Shown here: positions 41,801 through 57,585 of the stretch, piece by piece
Numbering within the stretch: the first letter of the stretch is position 1
Layout of the letters: every line of letters begins with the position of its first letter
Assembly: GCA_951406725.2 (NCBI GenBank)
Contig: OX597815.1
Span: 24,986,001 to 25,050,000 of the forward strand
Direction: 5' to 3'
DNA length: 64,000 bases
From: Octopus vulgaris
Lineage: Eukaryota
Translations under genes and position numbers: made by a program
The notes under the pieces: model-generated
The model's database searches: none
Told to the model about the DNA's origin: nothing
The model's input: the letters and a program-made list of their open reading frames with translations, nothing else

Positions 41801-41836
<36 letters not shown>

Positions 41837-41918
41837 GGATGGATGGATGGATGGATAGATAGATAGACAGATAGATAGATAGATAGATACATACATACAT
41901 ACATACATACATACATAC

Positions 41919-42015
<97 letters not shown>

Positions 42016-42237
42016 CATACAAATATACATACATGCATACATATAAATATGGGCATGTATACCGATATATAGGTATGGCCAGTAATGGGAGAATGGAGTG
42101 TATAAAAGAAGAAAAGAACAAAAAATAAATAAACGAATGACTTCAAGAAACAACCGAGTGTAATAATTATATAAATGAATGTTGAAGATTAAAGATGAGA
42201 CAGAGAGAAAGAACAAAATGAAAGAGTGAGAGAGGAA

Positions 42238-42310
<73 letters not shown>
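41220..42310. repeat. Compound microsatellites (TATG)n, (TA)n, (GATA)n, (GAAA)n
   Basis: Direct reading. Confidence 0.9.
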
Positions 42311-43160
42311 GCGGATTGGAGAGAGTGAGCAAGACAAAACCTAAACAGAAAGAAGAGAGCGAAAGAAAAGTAAACGTGGTAGGAAAGAAAGAGAGAAAAG
42401 TCATAGAAGGCTTGTGAGTGATATAATATTCTTCGTAATTGTAGCTTACAGAAATCTGTGTTGACTTGCATTGTTTTCTAGAAACTTTTTGTTCCCATAC
42501 AACGGCTAATATAAAAGTCATAGAAAAAGGAAGTGACTTTACAAGACATGTCATCGCCACACTTAAAAATGTCATATTAAGGAAAGACCGCGACAACTTG
42601 ACCTACTGTACTTTTGACGAAGAAATTAACTGATACTTAACAAGTCGGGGGCTTGGCCTAGACCTTGACTGAGAGGGTGTGATGGAGAAATATATAAATA
42701 GGTAATAAATGAATTAATAAATAAAAAAATTGGTAGTGTTAAAAGTGTAATTGGTAGTGTAATAGTGTAAAAGGAAATTGGATTCAATTGGCTCTGAAAA
42801 CACTTTTTTTTCCAGCGCTTTACCGGTTCTGTCATATAGAGAAATGAATATAAAATAATTGACCTGTGTATCTTTTATCTTTCACGTGTTTCAGTCATAG
42901 GACTGCGGCCATGCTGGGGCACCGTCTTGAAGGGTCTAGTCCGATTGTTCCCAATTTTTTTTACTCACTGCGCACCTTACAAGAAGTCAAAATATTTTGG
43001 TGGACTATGCACATAAATTCTAAAAGGGATTTTATACATATTAGCATAACATAAACTATAAAGTTATACGTAGATGATTAAAAATACAGAAAAATTGCAC
43101 GACTTACTCTTTATTCAATATATGAATCAAAGTTATCAATGAGGAACGTGCTTTTTTTTA

Positions 43161-44129
<969 letters not shown>

Positions 44130-44860
44130 TTTATGGGTAATTTAGTCTGTTAATATGAAGTGCTTGGCACATAGAGCACAGATAACTACCAGAGTCAAAC
44201 TGAGTCTGACACAAGTAGCCAGTGAGCTGTGAAAAGTGGCGGCGTGTCACATATTATCAGACTCTTTTGAGAAGTCTTTCAAAATTAATTGAAAAGATGA
44301 AAATTCTCGCCATTATATGAAGAAAATTGAAATACAATCGCAATACGTGAAGACGTATATAAAGATTTAGTTCAACATCGTATATTTTAGTTCAATAGTT
44401 TATTTTTCACATTATTTATTACTGAAATGAAAACTGCTGAGGCTACGACCGAAATAAACTGAAATGTAGTCGTGCACTGAATATGTCGATAAGACGTCAA
44501 TTTCGATGATAGATTGATGCTAAGTTCCTATCGTCATGAAATTTCAGATTCAAAATTGAATAACGCTGTCATACCATAATTAGCCTAAATGAGTTGAATG
44601 ACACAACCACCTCTCATTCTTAGTTTAGAACTTAGTATTTTGCTTTTTGCCACTTTGACATTTATATATGAACTTTCTAGTGAATTTCGATTTGTATAAT
44701 CTTACTTTTACGAGGTGCACCTAAATACATCTTGGGAACTACTGGTCTAGTCGAACGAATTGACTCCAGTACTTATTTTTAAAGTCTAGTACTTAACCTA
44801 TCGGCATATTAAGCTAAACTGCTAGGTTAGGGGACGTAAACAAACCAACACCGGTTGGGG

Positions 44861-44938
<78 letters not shown>

Positions 44939-45137
44939 TGTATACGATGGACCTTCTCATATTTTCGGTCTACCAAATTCACTCACAGGGCATCGGTCTG
45001 AGGCCAGAGCAGAAGACACTTACTCAAGGTGCCGTATGGTTGCAAAACGAGCTTCTTAACCGTATGTTTGTTTTCCGTGGTTTCCAGAGTAAGAGATTTA
45101 AATAGAGAAACTCGTGAAATAGTTAACTATACAATAT

Positions 45138-45580
45138 TTTTCAAATCTTGGCACAAGGCCAGCAATTTTGAGGGAGCGGGCTAGTCGATTGCATTGATTC
45201 AAGTGTTCAACTATATCTTATTTTATCGACCCCGAATAGATAAACAGCAAAGTCGACCTCGGCGGAATTAGAACTCAGAACCTAAGGACGGATGAAATGC
45301 CGTTAAGCATTTTGCCCAGCGTGCTAATGATTCTGCCAATGATTCTGCTTAGTTAACTACTTAATATTATTAGAGTGGGCTATATGAGGTGGCGAGATGG
45401 TAGAATCGGAAGAGCGCCGGACAAAATGCTTAGCTGCATTTCGTCCGTCTTTACATTCTGAGTTCAAATTCCGTCGGGGTCGACTTTGTCTTTCATCTTT
45501 TCGGGAATGATCAAATAAGTACCAGTTGAGCACTGGGTCGATGTAATTGACCTGTCCCTCCCCCGAAATGACTGGCCAGT
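45138..45580. mobile_element. Head-to-head pair of SINE family A copies (old tail)
   Basis: Minus copy 45138-45340, plus copy 45387-45580. Confidence 0.8.
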
Positions 45581-46380
45581 CATATTAGTGAAACATCTTA
45601 CATAAATTATCTTTCTTGGAAACGTTACCTTTCAGGTGCTGTTTTTTTATAATGTTTAATCATGATGTAATCATTCCAGTTATATATCTAATTCTAGCAG
45701 AACTTCCATCTCGTTTCAAGATTTCTATAGTTTCTATCAAGCTACCGTTTAACGGCAAATCAATATTAGGATTGAACTTGAAACAACTTATTGTTGTTAA
45801 GCTCTAGATCAATCTTGATTCAGAAGATGTTGATCAAAAACGTTCCAGTTGCTGTAACGCAGGCAGTTCACCCCGGTCGGGGACTTTATGCTAGCAGCAC
45901 TTTTGGGTCTACTGCAAAAGACTAGGCTTGGGTGCCCTAGAAGGGGAGGAAGTAAATTCAAGAGCATATACTCTAGCTGCCCCACTCTTCAGCTGTTACA
46001 ATCTCGTCATTTCTTGTAACTTGAGAGTGACTTTGCAGCTACTTTTAGCGAGTTGATTAATTGCCTAAGAGCTTCCTCGTTAGTTTTTGAAACCCTTTCA
46101 TTTTCTCATGGTCAACTATTAATGCGATGTAAATGTAATATCTTCATAGTTATGATCAACAAATATTTCAAATATTGTTTAAAGAAAGTCTTTAAGTTTC
46201 AAGCTGAATATTAATTAATTCTGCAATGTTACATGGGGACGAGTTATGCTAAGGAGTTCGCTCTGAAACCACATGATGTAAGATTCAATTCTCCTGCGCG
46301 GTACCTTCGGCGTAACTTCGAGTTGACTTATACCTTGTTTGTAGAATTTTGTAGACAGAAACTGTACACATGACTGTATA

Positions 46381-46614
46381 TAGGGCTGGCCAAAAGTCAC
46401 CTGACAGTAAATCAAAATTCCATAAATATCATTTTGTATTTCTGTATTGACTCCAATGGAAAAATGTATCGCTCAAGAAGGACTTCAGTTTGAACAATTT
46501 TCATGATGTTTTCATATTGAGTTGCGTTTAATAAATTCATTCAGTTTTTAAACTGAATGAATTCAAACCTTAGAATTAAATGGTTTTGATTTACTGTCAG
46601 GTAACTTTTGGCCA
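46381..46614. mobile_element. Second copy of the Tc1/mariner MITE family at 11519
   Basis: TGGCCAAAAGTCACCTGACAGTAAATCAAAA ... TTTTGATTTACTGTCAGGTAACTTTTGGCCA; right tip missing. Confidence 0.8.
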
Positions 46615-49048
46615 AGAGTCTCATTCTTTGCTGAGCATTTTCAAAGTGTCCACAATCTCGAAGGACAAAAAACTTTCCTGGTTGATACTAAGTCACTTGT
46701 TTCGAGACGTTTGTCCGGTCAAATTCTGTATCTCACGTCGCCGCATATTTTATGTTAACGAGTCACAAGGAAGCTCGTTCTCTTCCTCGCTTGATGGAGT
46801 GGAATAGCACAGAAACGAAATCTTTTCTCGTGGAAGAATTTGTAAAGCCGTGAAGTAATAACAACCGTGTTTTCTTTAAAGTGATGTATCAAAATTCCTT
46901 TTCTTCTTTGTAACATTCTCTCTGGAGACGAATGTCACATCCTAAATTATTAAAAATTACCCATTGGCTGAGTCTTTAATTGTTTGAAATTACTTATTCT
47001 TTGGGTCTTGTATACGAGTTATGTACTTCGAGTAAGATGAGTTGTGATGCATTCTGTTGCGTTCATGTGAGTCATCACATGGCACAGACGCACGCGCGTT
47101 TGTGTATGTATGTGCGTGCGTGCGTGTGTGTGTGTGCGTGTGTACTTATGTTTATGTTTATCGGCGTTGTGTAAAAAGTAGTAAAAGTTAGTGATTCGAC
47201 GTATATAGATAAAATAAATACGAGACTAAAATATGAATTAGGGTTGATATGGTCAGTGAGAACCTTTGTGAGCGTGCCCCAACACGGTTACAGTCCAATG
47301 ACTAAAACCGATAAAATGTATAAAAGAATGCTGCCTGATAACATTCTTAAACTAATTCGTTCTCTCCCTAGGCAATGGTTGATTCCACCTTTCTGTCTTT
47401 AAGGGAAACTTAGACAAAAACTACAAAGGTTCTTTTGTGGGTGAGCGAAGTTGATGCCATTTTCAAATCCCGTCCATAATAAAATTTCTTTCGATAATGT
47501 CACTAATCAGTTTATCCCTACCGAATGAGAATGGCTGAATGACTTTCACTATAGGTTAGCATACTAATCAGTCACACATGTATTAACATAAATTTTATAG
47601 CAACCATTAAATCAGATCGTAAATGTTGATTTCGTTAATCTTGCCACATTTTGAAAATGCAAAACTCACAGTTCAATGCACGTAATTCAATGCAATGATA
47701 GACACTCTAACCCTATCTAACTGTAATTCTTACATCGAATATATTGAATAAAGGAACCTGTTCCTTTCACGAAAGTGAAATAACAGGGTCTGTAGCCAGG
47801 TCACATGTTCCCGCAGTAATGTTCGACGACGATGTAGCTATATATGTAATAATCTGGTTACGACCTACTGACTATCCTTTCACTTAATATTTTCTTTCAG
47901 CCTGCTTGTAGCATCCAACTGGCATTAGTTTATCTCTCAAGATGACGAATTGAAACTCAACCGACATTTTATTGTTGACAATAGCGCGGTGCGATTTTCG
48001 AGAATGTTGTTAGTTACTTGTTGTGTGGATTGGTAAACCTAGTAGAGTGTTGGATAGAATGCTTCGCACTATTCGTTCTGACTTGCTTCGTTCTGATTTC
48101 GAACCCTGTCGAAGTCTTTGCTTTTCATCCTTTCGGAATCAATAAAAAATACCAATCCAGATCGGTGGTGTTAGAGACGAGCGAAATGCATCGTGGTATT
48201 TGTCTCAGCTTTTTACCCTCTTATATCAATGCTTACAACAACACAGGAGCCAAGCCGTATCGGCGCTAGGTCAATGGCCTTTCTTTTCGATAAACATCAA
48301 TGGCGTAGAGAAGGACAGCTTCAATATTTCTCTAAAAATTTAACCCGTTTCTTCAGATACATATACAGATACATAGTCAACAATAATCGGCGGAGGCCTA
48401 CAAAACAAATTATAATAAATCAATGGGATTCATAAACAAAAATGCACAGAAATGATAAAGGATGTATCCATGTCGATTAGCTCTTGATGCAAGATGGTGG
48501 TTAAAAACAATCATAGATATTCTCAACTACAAACAGACGTACCACAATTACTGTTTGACAACTATGCGATCCAAGGTTGAAGACAGAACTACTCCAGTAG
48601 TTCTTTCATCAAATTTGAATGCCGTATAATACTATTTAAATTGGCATGGCTGTGCGCAGGTATTTTGCAGAACCAGCCAACTCCGAAGGGGAGAGGCTAC
48701 TGAAGTAGCACTAGAAAAGATAGAAAGAGATCGCAGCACCTCTTTGGAATAGAGACTAGAGTGTGTTGGTGAGCAAATCCACCAATGAAAATTATGTCTA
48801 TCTAGATATAAAAGGCTTTACTTTATCCTCAAAGCCCACAAATAAAACAGACAAATTATGAATAATCCAATAGAGTGGGTTAGAGTTTCGCTCTTCCAAT
48901 TGGAAATGAGGCTTTCAGAATATACGTGTACAATGCATGGAGAAAAAAATTATGTTGATCAAGAAGTAACATTAGAGCACAACACACAGTAACTAATTTA
49001 AGAAGATACATACTTAAAATCAAAAGGATATTAGACACAGAAACAGAA

Positions 49049-49270
49049 TGTATGTATGTATGTATGTATGCATGTATGTATGTATGTATGTATGTATGCA
49101 TGTATGCATGCATGTATGCATGTATGTATGTGTGCATGCATGCATGTATGTATGTATGCATGTATGCATGTATGCATGCATGCATGCATGCATGTATGTA
49201 TGCATGCATATATGTATATATGTATTATGTAGATATGCACGCATGCACGTATATAAGCATCTCTCCTCCC

Positions 49271-49308
<38 letters not shown>

Positions 49309-49328
49309 CACATACATACATACATACA

Positions 49329-49395
<67 letters not shown>
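49049..49395. repeat. (TATG)/(CATG)/(TA)/(TACA) microsatellite
   Basis: Direct reading. Confidence 0.95.
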
Positions 49396-49398
<3 letters not shown>

Positions 49399-50729
49399 GG
49401 TACAAACAAAATGAAAGCTAAACACATTTAAGAAAAGCATAAAACCGGGAAAATGACTTAGCGCAAGAAATACAAACAAAAACAGCAAAAAATACAAAAT
49501 CAAATCTCAGCGGTCATACAAAATAATAAACAGAAAAATAAAAGTCAAAACGGGGCAACTGAATAGTTGAACGATTTCAGAGTAAAATTATCTAAAGCTG
49601 GAAACTTGATATTAATCTAAAAGTGAAAATTAAAATCGAAAGCAGATAATCTGAAGGATCAAAGAAAAACCCACCCAAAATATACTTATCTCCAAAATAA
49701 TAACTACAACAACAAAAACAGCAACAAAAATGCAAACTAGTTCTCTATGTATATAGCGAAAACATCTGCAATAAATGCAGTAGTTACGGATAAATATGGG
49801 TTCTTCCTTAAAACTTATCATAACTTCTAAACTAAAGAAAACAACATAGAAAAACAACCCTGCAGGGAGATAGAAAATATATATTATCACAATTTTTAAT
49901 GAGATTGACAACATAAAAATACGTATATAAAAAGATAAAGAAAAGTATAGTAGTAAATACTATAAAAATAAGTATCTGAAATCAAAGCGGGCTTTTCCTT
50001 GCTAAATCTCGTATAATCCATGGTTATTGATTAGAGACAAGACTTCCTTCAATAAATCTATAACTTCATCACAAACAGCTAACAATTTTCTATAATTTAA
50101 AAAAAAAAACTAGGTAAAGACAAACTAGAAACATATGCAGTGTCAACAGCAAGAGGAACAGAACATTTTCAGGGGATAGTAAGGGTATTAGATGGATCGC
50201 TGTTACAAGAATAGGGAAAAGACTATCGCAACATGTGAGCAATCCGGGGGAGAAAGAGCAACCTGAGAGATGGTCCAGACAGTGCACAGTACGAACGACT
50301 GGAAAGTACTCGGAAAGTGTATAAGACCTCTGACAAAAATATTATACACCTACAAGAATATTCGGTGGTCATCCAAAACCTCTCACAATCATATACTGAG
50401 ACATATTAGATAATGTAATCCTAGATATACCCCTAAAAAGAAAGATGGTCACAGCTACAACGCTTTTGATCATAGGTCTATTTCATCAGAGCTAACCTGG
50501 GCTGAACAACAACAATAACATCTTTACTCCTAAAACCGCAGACTTTTGATCTATTTGCCTACTTTATACGTACCCTTCATTAAAAAAAATCTTCAACTGA
50601 AGAAAAACAACATACTTCCAACACCAACAATGCCATAACTGAAAATTTAGGAAGAAAGATAACGGTAATGATTGTTTCTAATTTAAAGACAAGATCAGAA
50701 ATTTTGTGGGGAGGCAGGTTAGTCAATTA

Positions 50730-51116
50730 TAAGGCGGCGAGCTGGCAGAAAGGCGGCGAACTGGCAAATAAGGCGGCGAGCTGGCAAATAAGGTGGCGAG
50801 CTGGCAAATAAAGCGGCGAGCAGGCAAATAAGGCGGCGAGCTGGCAGAAAGGCGGTGAACTGGCAAACAAGGCGGCGAGCTGGCAAATAAAGCGGCGAGC
50901 TGGCAGAATCGTTAGCAAGCCGGGCGAAATGCTTAGCAGTATTTCGTCTGCCGCTACGTTCTGAGTTCAAATTCCGCCGAGGTCGACTTTGCCTTTCATC
51001 CTTTCGGGGTCGATTACGCACAGTTACGCACTGGGGTCGATATAATCGACTTAATCCGTTTGTCTGTCCTTGTTTGTCCTCTCTGTGTTTAGCCCCTTGT
51101 GGGTAGTAAAGAAATA
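50730..51116 (+). mobile_element. SINE family A (T-variant) with nine reiterated 5' heads
   Basis: TSD GGTTAGTCAATTA (50717-50729, 51117-51129); 19-20-bp unit AGGCGGCGAGCTGGCAAATA repeated over 50731-50908. Confidence 0.9.
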
Positions 51117-52845
51117 GGTTAGTCAATTACTTTGACCCTGTGCTTGAATGGTACTTTACTTTTTCGATAGGCAAAGTTAACCTCGTCCAAACTCGAACTT
51201 ACAAGATGAAATACCGAAGAAAATCTTCATCTTTGTAATATCATGAGGTGGTACTACTAAAAGAAGGGCCCTTGACTTCTTGATCAGTGTCTTCTTGTTC
51301 AGCTTTCTAGTAAGCTTCGTTTTGGGGCTTGAGGATTCGATGATCTCTTCTACCAACTCCAGAGCCGCAGCCGGTGCTGCCCTGAGAAAAGCAGCCTTTC
51401 CCAAGACAGTAATAACTGTTACCAGTTATTATTGTTGCAATTTCTTCTGCACATTTCTTGTCTTTCGACTTCTGAACCGAAAGCCTCCAAATGACTCTCG
51501 TTTCCACGCGCGTTATAGCTTGGCATTCTGTTATATACCGTCAAACTCATTTCTTTTCTTTCTAACCCCACGAAGAGGTATGACAATAGAATGGCTCATT
51601 GGTCTTCAGTGTCATTAAGACTTTCATATCCGCACAGAAACTCGAACACATGTCGTTCCCGGTTACATCGGTGCTTTCTACTTGCTCCTACCGTGCCATA
51701 AATGTGACGGCGAGCCAAAGTTTATCTTATCCCGTTTCCCATAGCGTATAAGTGAATAAGAGTACAATAGCCATCCCCTGAACAGGACGCAAAATTGTCG
51801 GAAGGTTAACATTCAGCTGTTGCAGGTACTCATCTTCAACTGAGTGGACTGCAGCATCATAAAACGAAGTGTTTTACTCAAGAACTCAACGCTCTACTCG
51901 GTCCGTGAATCGAAACCACGATCTTGAGTCCAATATCCCCAAACCAATTAAGCCACGCGCCTTCACATTTATGATTTTCGGATTTGCCCTTTTCGTTGAA
52001 GTGTCGAAGTTTAGTCTTTTCAATGATCCCAAGTTCATGAAATAAAGATTAATACGTGAAATCTATATCCTGGAATCTAGAGAGTTGGGTGTGACATCTG
52101 CCCTTACTCTTGACTAGACGTCTAAACCGAAAGAATTGACATTTAAAAAAGAAGTAGTTAACTTAATCAACTAAGTCATTTACTTCAAATTCAGTAACAA
52201 GTTCAGTGATCAATACGAAACATAATAGTTTAGAAAAGCAGCCGACAGATTGAATGACAGAAAATACATACATGCACGTAACCTCCAGTCACTCACACAC
52301 ACAAACAAACAAACAAACAAACAAACATACATACACTCTTAACTGAAGGCATTAATAAACATGCACACACAATGATGAGTTAGTAATCGAGACTCTGCTG
52401 ATGTTGTCATGGTTCGTGTTTCCATTGTGTTCTGTGTTTAGAATGATATTTTGTCATGTTGCTTCTGGTGTTTCTTACACATCTCTGTAGATTAGTTCTA
52501 ATTACCAGGTCAACTTACACTTGTTATATTTGAAAGTTACTTGTTGGTGGTACCAGCCGAAAATACATCGCAGAAATTTTATACCATTGTAATTCGTCAT
52601 CATTGTCATATAACCTTTTGGGAGATCTTATTTTGGCCTTTCTACTGAAATAGTATAGATCCTGATTCATCAACAAAAAACGCTAGAATTGTTTCTTATG
52701 TAAATATATTTAGACGATGGCATTATTTCAATCGCATACTGTTCAGTCTTTGGTAAACGAGATTTTGAGAATGACAATATAAAAAGGTGGCCTGTGACCT
52801 TGTCGAGTTTGGTTGAATGTCAATTATTTTGTGATTTTGCGTTCA

Positions 52846-52857
52846 ATAATAATAATG

Positions 52858-52933
<76 letters not shown>

Positions 52934-53210
52934 TAATATAAAATCCTTTTTACTATGGGTACAAGGCCTGGATTTTATTTTCAGCGGCGGGAGCTAGGAG
53001 ATTACATTAACTCCAGTGCTCAAATGGTACTTATTTCGTCGATCCCGAAAGGATAAAAGGCAAAGTCACCTAGGCGGAACTTGAACTCAGAAAGTAAAGA
53101 CGGACGAAATGCTAAACGACATTTCGTCCGGCGTGCTAACCATTCTTCCAGCTCGCCACCTTGATGATGATGATGATGGTGGTGATGATGATGATGATGA
53201 TGATAATGAT

Positions 53211-53269
<59 letters not shown>

Positions 53270-53270
53270 T
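52846..53270. repeat. (AAT)n/(GAT)n tracts flanking a minus-strand SINE A (52950-53161)
   Basis: Direct reading. Confidence 0.85.
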
Positions 53271-53397
53271 AAGAGAGAGAGAAACATTCATTGGAACCAA
53301 ATCAACCTCACGCAAATTGACTGGTTAACCCACAGCATACATACGTATGTATGGCTGAACGTCTGCATGTATAATTCTATGTATGTGTTATTGCATT

Positions 53398-53473
<76 letters not shown>

Positions 53474-53863
53474 TATATGTATGTAGCTGTGTTTCTTTGT
53501 GCGTGTGTTCTCTTTTTCTTCTAATCAAATGTCTCCAATAAAGGAATTGCTCTGCACCTTAGAAACAAAGTTATCAAATTAAAGTTTAGCCAAGAACTGT
53601 TTAAAGTTAAGCTCTAAATAGTTTTACTTTCTTTCTGTTCAGTTTACAGTGTAGAATGGCAGAAACATGCATTAAGTGTATGTTTGTTTTTGATTTTGTT
53701 TATAAATACAACACCAAATGTACAAATATTTATATGTAAAAATGTAAATTTGAAATTGTAGATTATGTACCAGTTGCCAGTCAATGCCTCCTTTTCACTT
53801 ATTTTGTGTAATATTCAGCCAAGGTCTGGATAGCTAATTGGATAACTGAGTTGCTAACTTTTA

Positions 53864-54259
53864 CTAGCAGTATCGCCCGGCGTTGCTCGGGTTTGTAAGG
53901 GAAATAACTATATAAGCATTTTTAGAGAGTTATAGCCAAAAAATAGCAAAAAAATGCATCAAAAATGGAAAAAAAATTATAGAAATTTTTTTTTTAATCG
54001 TTGACTCATCGTAGACATTTTTAGAGAGTTACTTCCCTTATATAATAGCGAAAAAATGCATTAAAATGGAAAAAAATGATGGTAAATTTTTTTTTAAATC
54101 GTAGACTCATCGTAGACGCGCGCTAATACCCAGAAGGGCTCGATATGAATCACAACTATAAGATACCCGGTTTTGGTTAAATGCACCGCAAAATGTGGGA
54201 GTAGTTAGGAATCTAAATCGTAGGAGACAGACACACAACTTCACTTTTATATATAAAGA
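53864..54259 (-). mobile_element. Intact non-autonomous Helitron (396 bp)
   Basis: Minus strand A|TCTTTATATATAAAAGTGAAGTTG ... hairpin CCCGAGCAACGCCGGG, short spacer, CTAG|T; AT target with no TSD. Confidence 0.9.
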
Positions 54260-54352
54260 TATATTTTCGTCTAAACACAGCAATTTCGTGTGTGTAGTTT
54301 TTGCATTTGTTGTAGTTTGGCTGAGAGTATTTCATCTGGATTGAAAAGTGTG

Positions 54353-55117
54353 AACGTTAGCACGCCGGGCGAAATGCGTAGCCGTATTTCGTCTGCCGTT
54401 ACGTTCTGAGTTCAAATTCCGCCGAGGTCGATATTGCCTTTCATCCTTTCGGGGTCGAATAAATAAGTACCAGTTACGCACTGGGGTCGATATAATCGAC
54501 TTAATCCGTTTGTCTGTCCTTGTTTGTCCACTCTGTGTTTAGCCCCTTGTGGGTAGTAAAGAAATAGGTATTTCGTCTGCCGTTACGTTCTGAGTTCAAA
54601 TTCCGCCGAGGTCGACTTTGCCTTTCATCCTTTCGGAGTCGAATAAATAAGTACCAGTTACGCACTGGGGTCGATATAATCGACTTAATCCGTTTGTCTG
54701 TCCTTGTTTGTCCTCTCTGTGTTTAGCTCCTTGTGGGTAGTAAAGAAATAGGTATTGCGTCTGCCGTTACGTTCTGAGTTCAAATTCCGCCGAGGTCCAC
54801 TTTGCCTTTCATCCTTTCGGGGTCGAATAAATAAGTACCAGTTACGCACTGGGGTCGATAGAATCGACTTAATCCGTTTGTCTGTCCTTGTTTGTCCTCT
54901 CTATGTTTAGCTCCTTGTGGGTAGTAAAGAAATAGGTATTTGTCTGCCGTTACGTTCTGAGTTCAAATTCCGCCGAGGTCGACTTTGCCTTTCATCCTTT
55001 CGGGGTCGAATAAATAAGTACTAGTTACGCACTGGGGTCGATATAATCGACTTAATCCGTTTTTCTGTCCTTGTTTTTCCTCTCTGTGTTTAGCTCCTTG
55101 TGGATAGTAAAGAAATA
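54353..55117 (+). mobile_element. Tandem array of four SINE family A units, ~184-bp period
   Basis: Junctions AAAGAAATA|GGTATT at ~54567, ~54750, ~54935; final AAAGAAATA|GGTATA at ~55117. Confidence 0.92.
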
Positions 55118-56019
55118 GGTATATATTTTCGACACTTGCATCATACCTTAGCATTGTTCAATGTTGTATGAAACGACATAAATTTGACGATTATGTCTCG
55201 CCCCGAGTTCTAGGTAACTACAAATTATGTTGTACTATTCACATAAAGTGCAAAACGTACTTTTCCCGTCGTACTTCGGGATCTTAATATTTTATCTTCA
55301 TTTATTTATAATATTCTTTATTTTTTTTCTCTCTTAAGATTGGGAAAGAATACTGTAATGTAGCGGTCACTGGTAGAGGCCAAACACACTGCTTATTCTG
55401 CTTATACATATATACACACATCTTAATTCGTCGCTCTTTAAGTCTCTGTTAAGATGCTTTTGCTTTATAGTTATGGAAGGGAATATCATTGCTCTCCGTA
55501 TGCTTCTTTAAGATTTCACTCTTCTAAATAATGTGTCATCAGAACTCATGATTAATAGGATATCATTATACTTATTGACTTTTTAAGGCTTAGTGATGTT
55601 CGTCTTGACATAATTCTCTAACAATTCAGTCGGTTCTATAATCAGTAGCATTCCTTTAAACGAAGACACATTCGCTTCCTTTTTCCACAACTCCTCTCAA
55701 AATACATGACAAACATCTTCCGGTCTATTTGTGACCCACTCTCAATGCAATCACACGATCACACCCGCTAAATGTATGGTAGAAACTTCGATCCAGACAA
55801 TATGCTTCAAAGCTAGTGTTTATTTTCATCAAAGTTTTAACATCAATTTGTTGGAATTTTTTTGTCTGAGATATGGGTGTATAAAACAATTTTTATACAT
55901 TTATAAATGCCTCTGATTTTGCTGACTGTACCCATCGTCAACATTTCTAATGCAGTGGAATAGATTGTAAGCGACCATTTCACTAACTGTTGGGAAACTC
56001 GTACAAACAATTGTCGTAA

Positions 56020-56416
56020 AAGGCGGCGAGCTGGCAGAAACGTTAGCGTGCCGGGCGAAATGCTTAGCGGTATTTCGTCTGCCGCTACGTTCTGAGTTCA
56101 AATTCCGCCTTTCATCCTTTCGGGGTCGATAAATTAAGTACCAGTTACGCACTGGGGTCGATATAATCGCCCTAATCCGTTTGCCTGTCCTTGTTTGTCC
56201 CCTCTGTATTTAGCCCCTTGTGGGTAGTAAAGAAATAGGTATTTCGTCTGCCGTTACGTTCTGAGTTCAAATTCCACCGAGGTCGACTTTGCCTTTCATC
56301 CTTTCGGGGTCGATAAATTAAGTACCAGTTAAGCACTGGGGGCGATGTAATCGATTTAATCCCTTTGTCCTTGTTTGTCCCCTCTATGTTTAGCCCCTTG
56401 TGGGCAATAAAGAAAT
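56020..56416 (+). mobile_element. Dimeric SINE family A
   Basis: Internal junction AAAGAAATA|GGTATTTCG; outer TSD ACAAAC(A/T)ATT(G/A)TCGTAA (~56003, ~56417). Confidence 0.9.
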
Positions 56417-57036
56417 AACAAACTATTATCGTAAGTTTGAATAATATTCATTCTGTGATAAACATCTACGAACGTCAATACCTGAAATACTCATTCCTTA
56501 GAGAAAATACTTTCGGTTTAGAATAAAATATCCTACTATTAGGATTCAATATTTGTTCTTTGCCCCCCATCCCTCTCTCTCCCTCTCTCCCCTTCTCTCT
56601 CTCTCTCTCTCATAGAGAAATTTAAGTAGTTTCTTAGCGTTGTAGATATTTCAAAATCTTTACATGGATTTCAAATAAATTATCTAATGCATAAATTATA
56701 TGCTTTCGTATTTTTATTTTTACAGTCGAAGACGCTAGCAGTAGCTATAGCTACTCCAGCTTTGTGGAAAAAATGATAGTAGATATACAATGACAAGAAA
56801 AAAAAAAGAAACACCTCTTTTTTTCACTCTTTTACTTGTTTCAGTCATTTGACTGCGGCCATGCTGAAGCACCGCCTTTAGTCGAGCAAATTGACCCCAG
56901 GACTCGTTCTCTGTAAGCCTAGTACTTATTCTATCGGTCTCTTTGCCGAACCGCTAAGCTACGGATACGTAAACACACCAGCATCGGTTGTCAAGCAATG
57001 TTGGGGTGACAAACACAGACACACAAACATAAACAC

Positions 57037-57102
<66 letters not shown>

Positions 57103-57274
57103 CATAAGAGGGATCAGCCATCTGAATGTGGCTAGGGTCAGGGCGGGGTGGTGGGGGTGTTACTGATGCATTTAGCCCCAGGCGAACATCGACGTCACCA
57201 GAAGAGCTGACACCATCTCGGTGTCCTTGCCAGCCAGCAAAGGGAGATCAGCCTCCCCGAAGATACGGATACTA

Positions 57275-57317
57275 CACACGGACCGGTTTCGAGGTTATTG
57301 CCTCTTGTCAACGTATG
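57275..57317 (-). ncRNA. Type-I minimal hammerhead ribozyme, U3-A8 variant
   Basis: CATACG-TTGACAA-GAGG caataa CCTC-GAAA-CCGG-TC-CGTGTG on the minus strand. Confidence 0.8.
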
Positions 57318-57585
57318 GTAAGCACCGCTCTTCGTTGAGGGACTTCCTCTACCGGCTGGATATATATAAATTTTCACAGTAACCACAGTCACTGGCGTAG
57401 AAAATCTGTTCGAAAACAATAATAAATCTCTGGGCGAGATATAAACAGTAACTGCTCTGTAATATAAGCGGGACCAGCCATCTGAATGTGGCTAGGGACA
57501 GGGCGGGGTGGTGGGGGTGTTACTGATGCATTTAGCTCCAGGCGAACATCGACGTCACCAGAAGAGCTGACATCATCTTGGTTAC

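Noticed and set aside
50731-50908. Possible CRISPR or iteron array
   Set aside because: Units are the SINE A 5' end, with no spacers
51177-51404. Possible minus-strand exon (AAPAAALELVEEIIESS..)
   Set aside because: Acceptor-like site exists but no credible donor before the frame runs into a SINE remnant; no recognisable homology or partner exons
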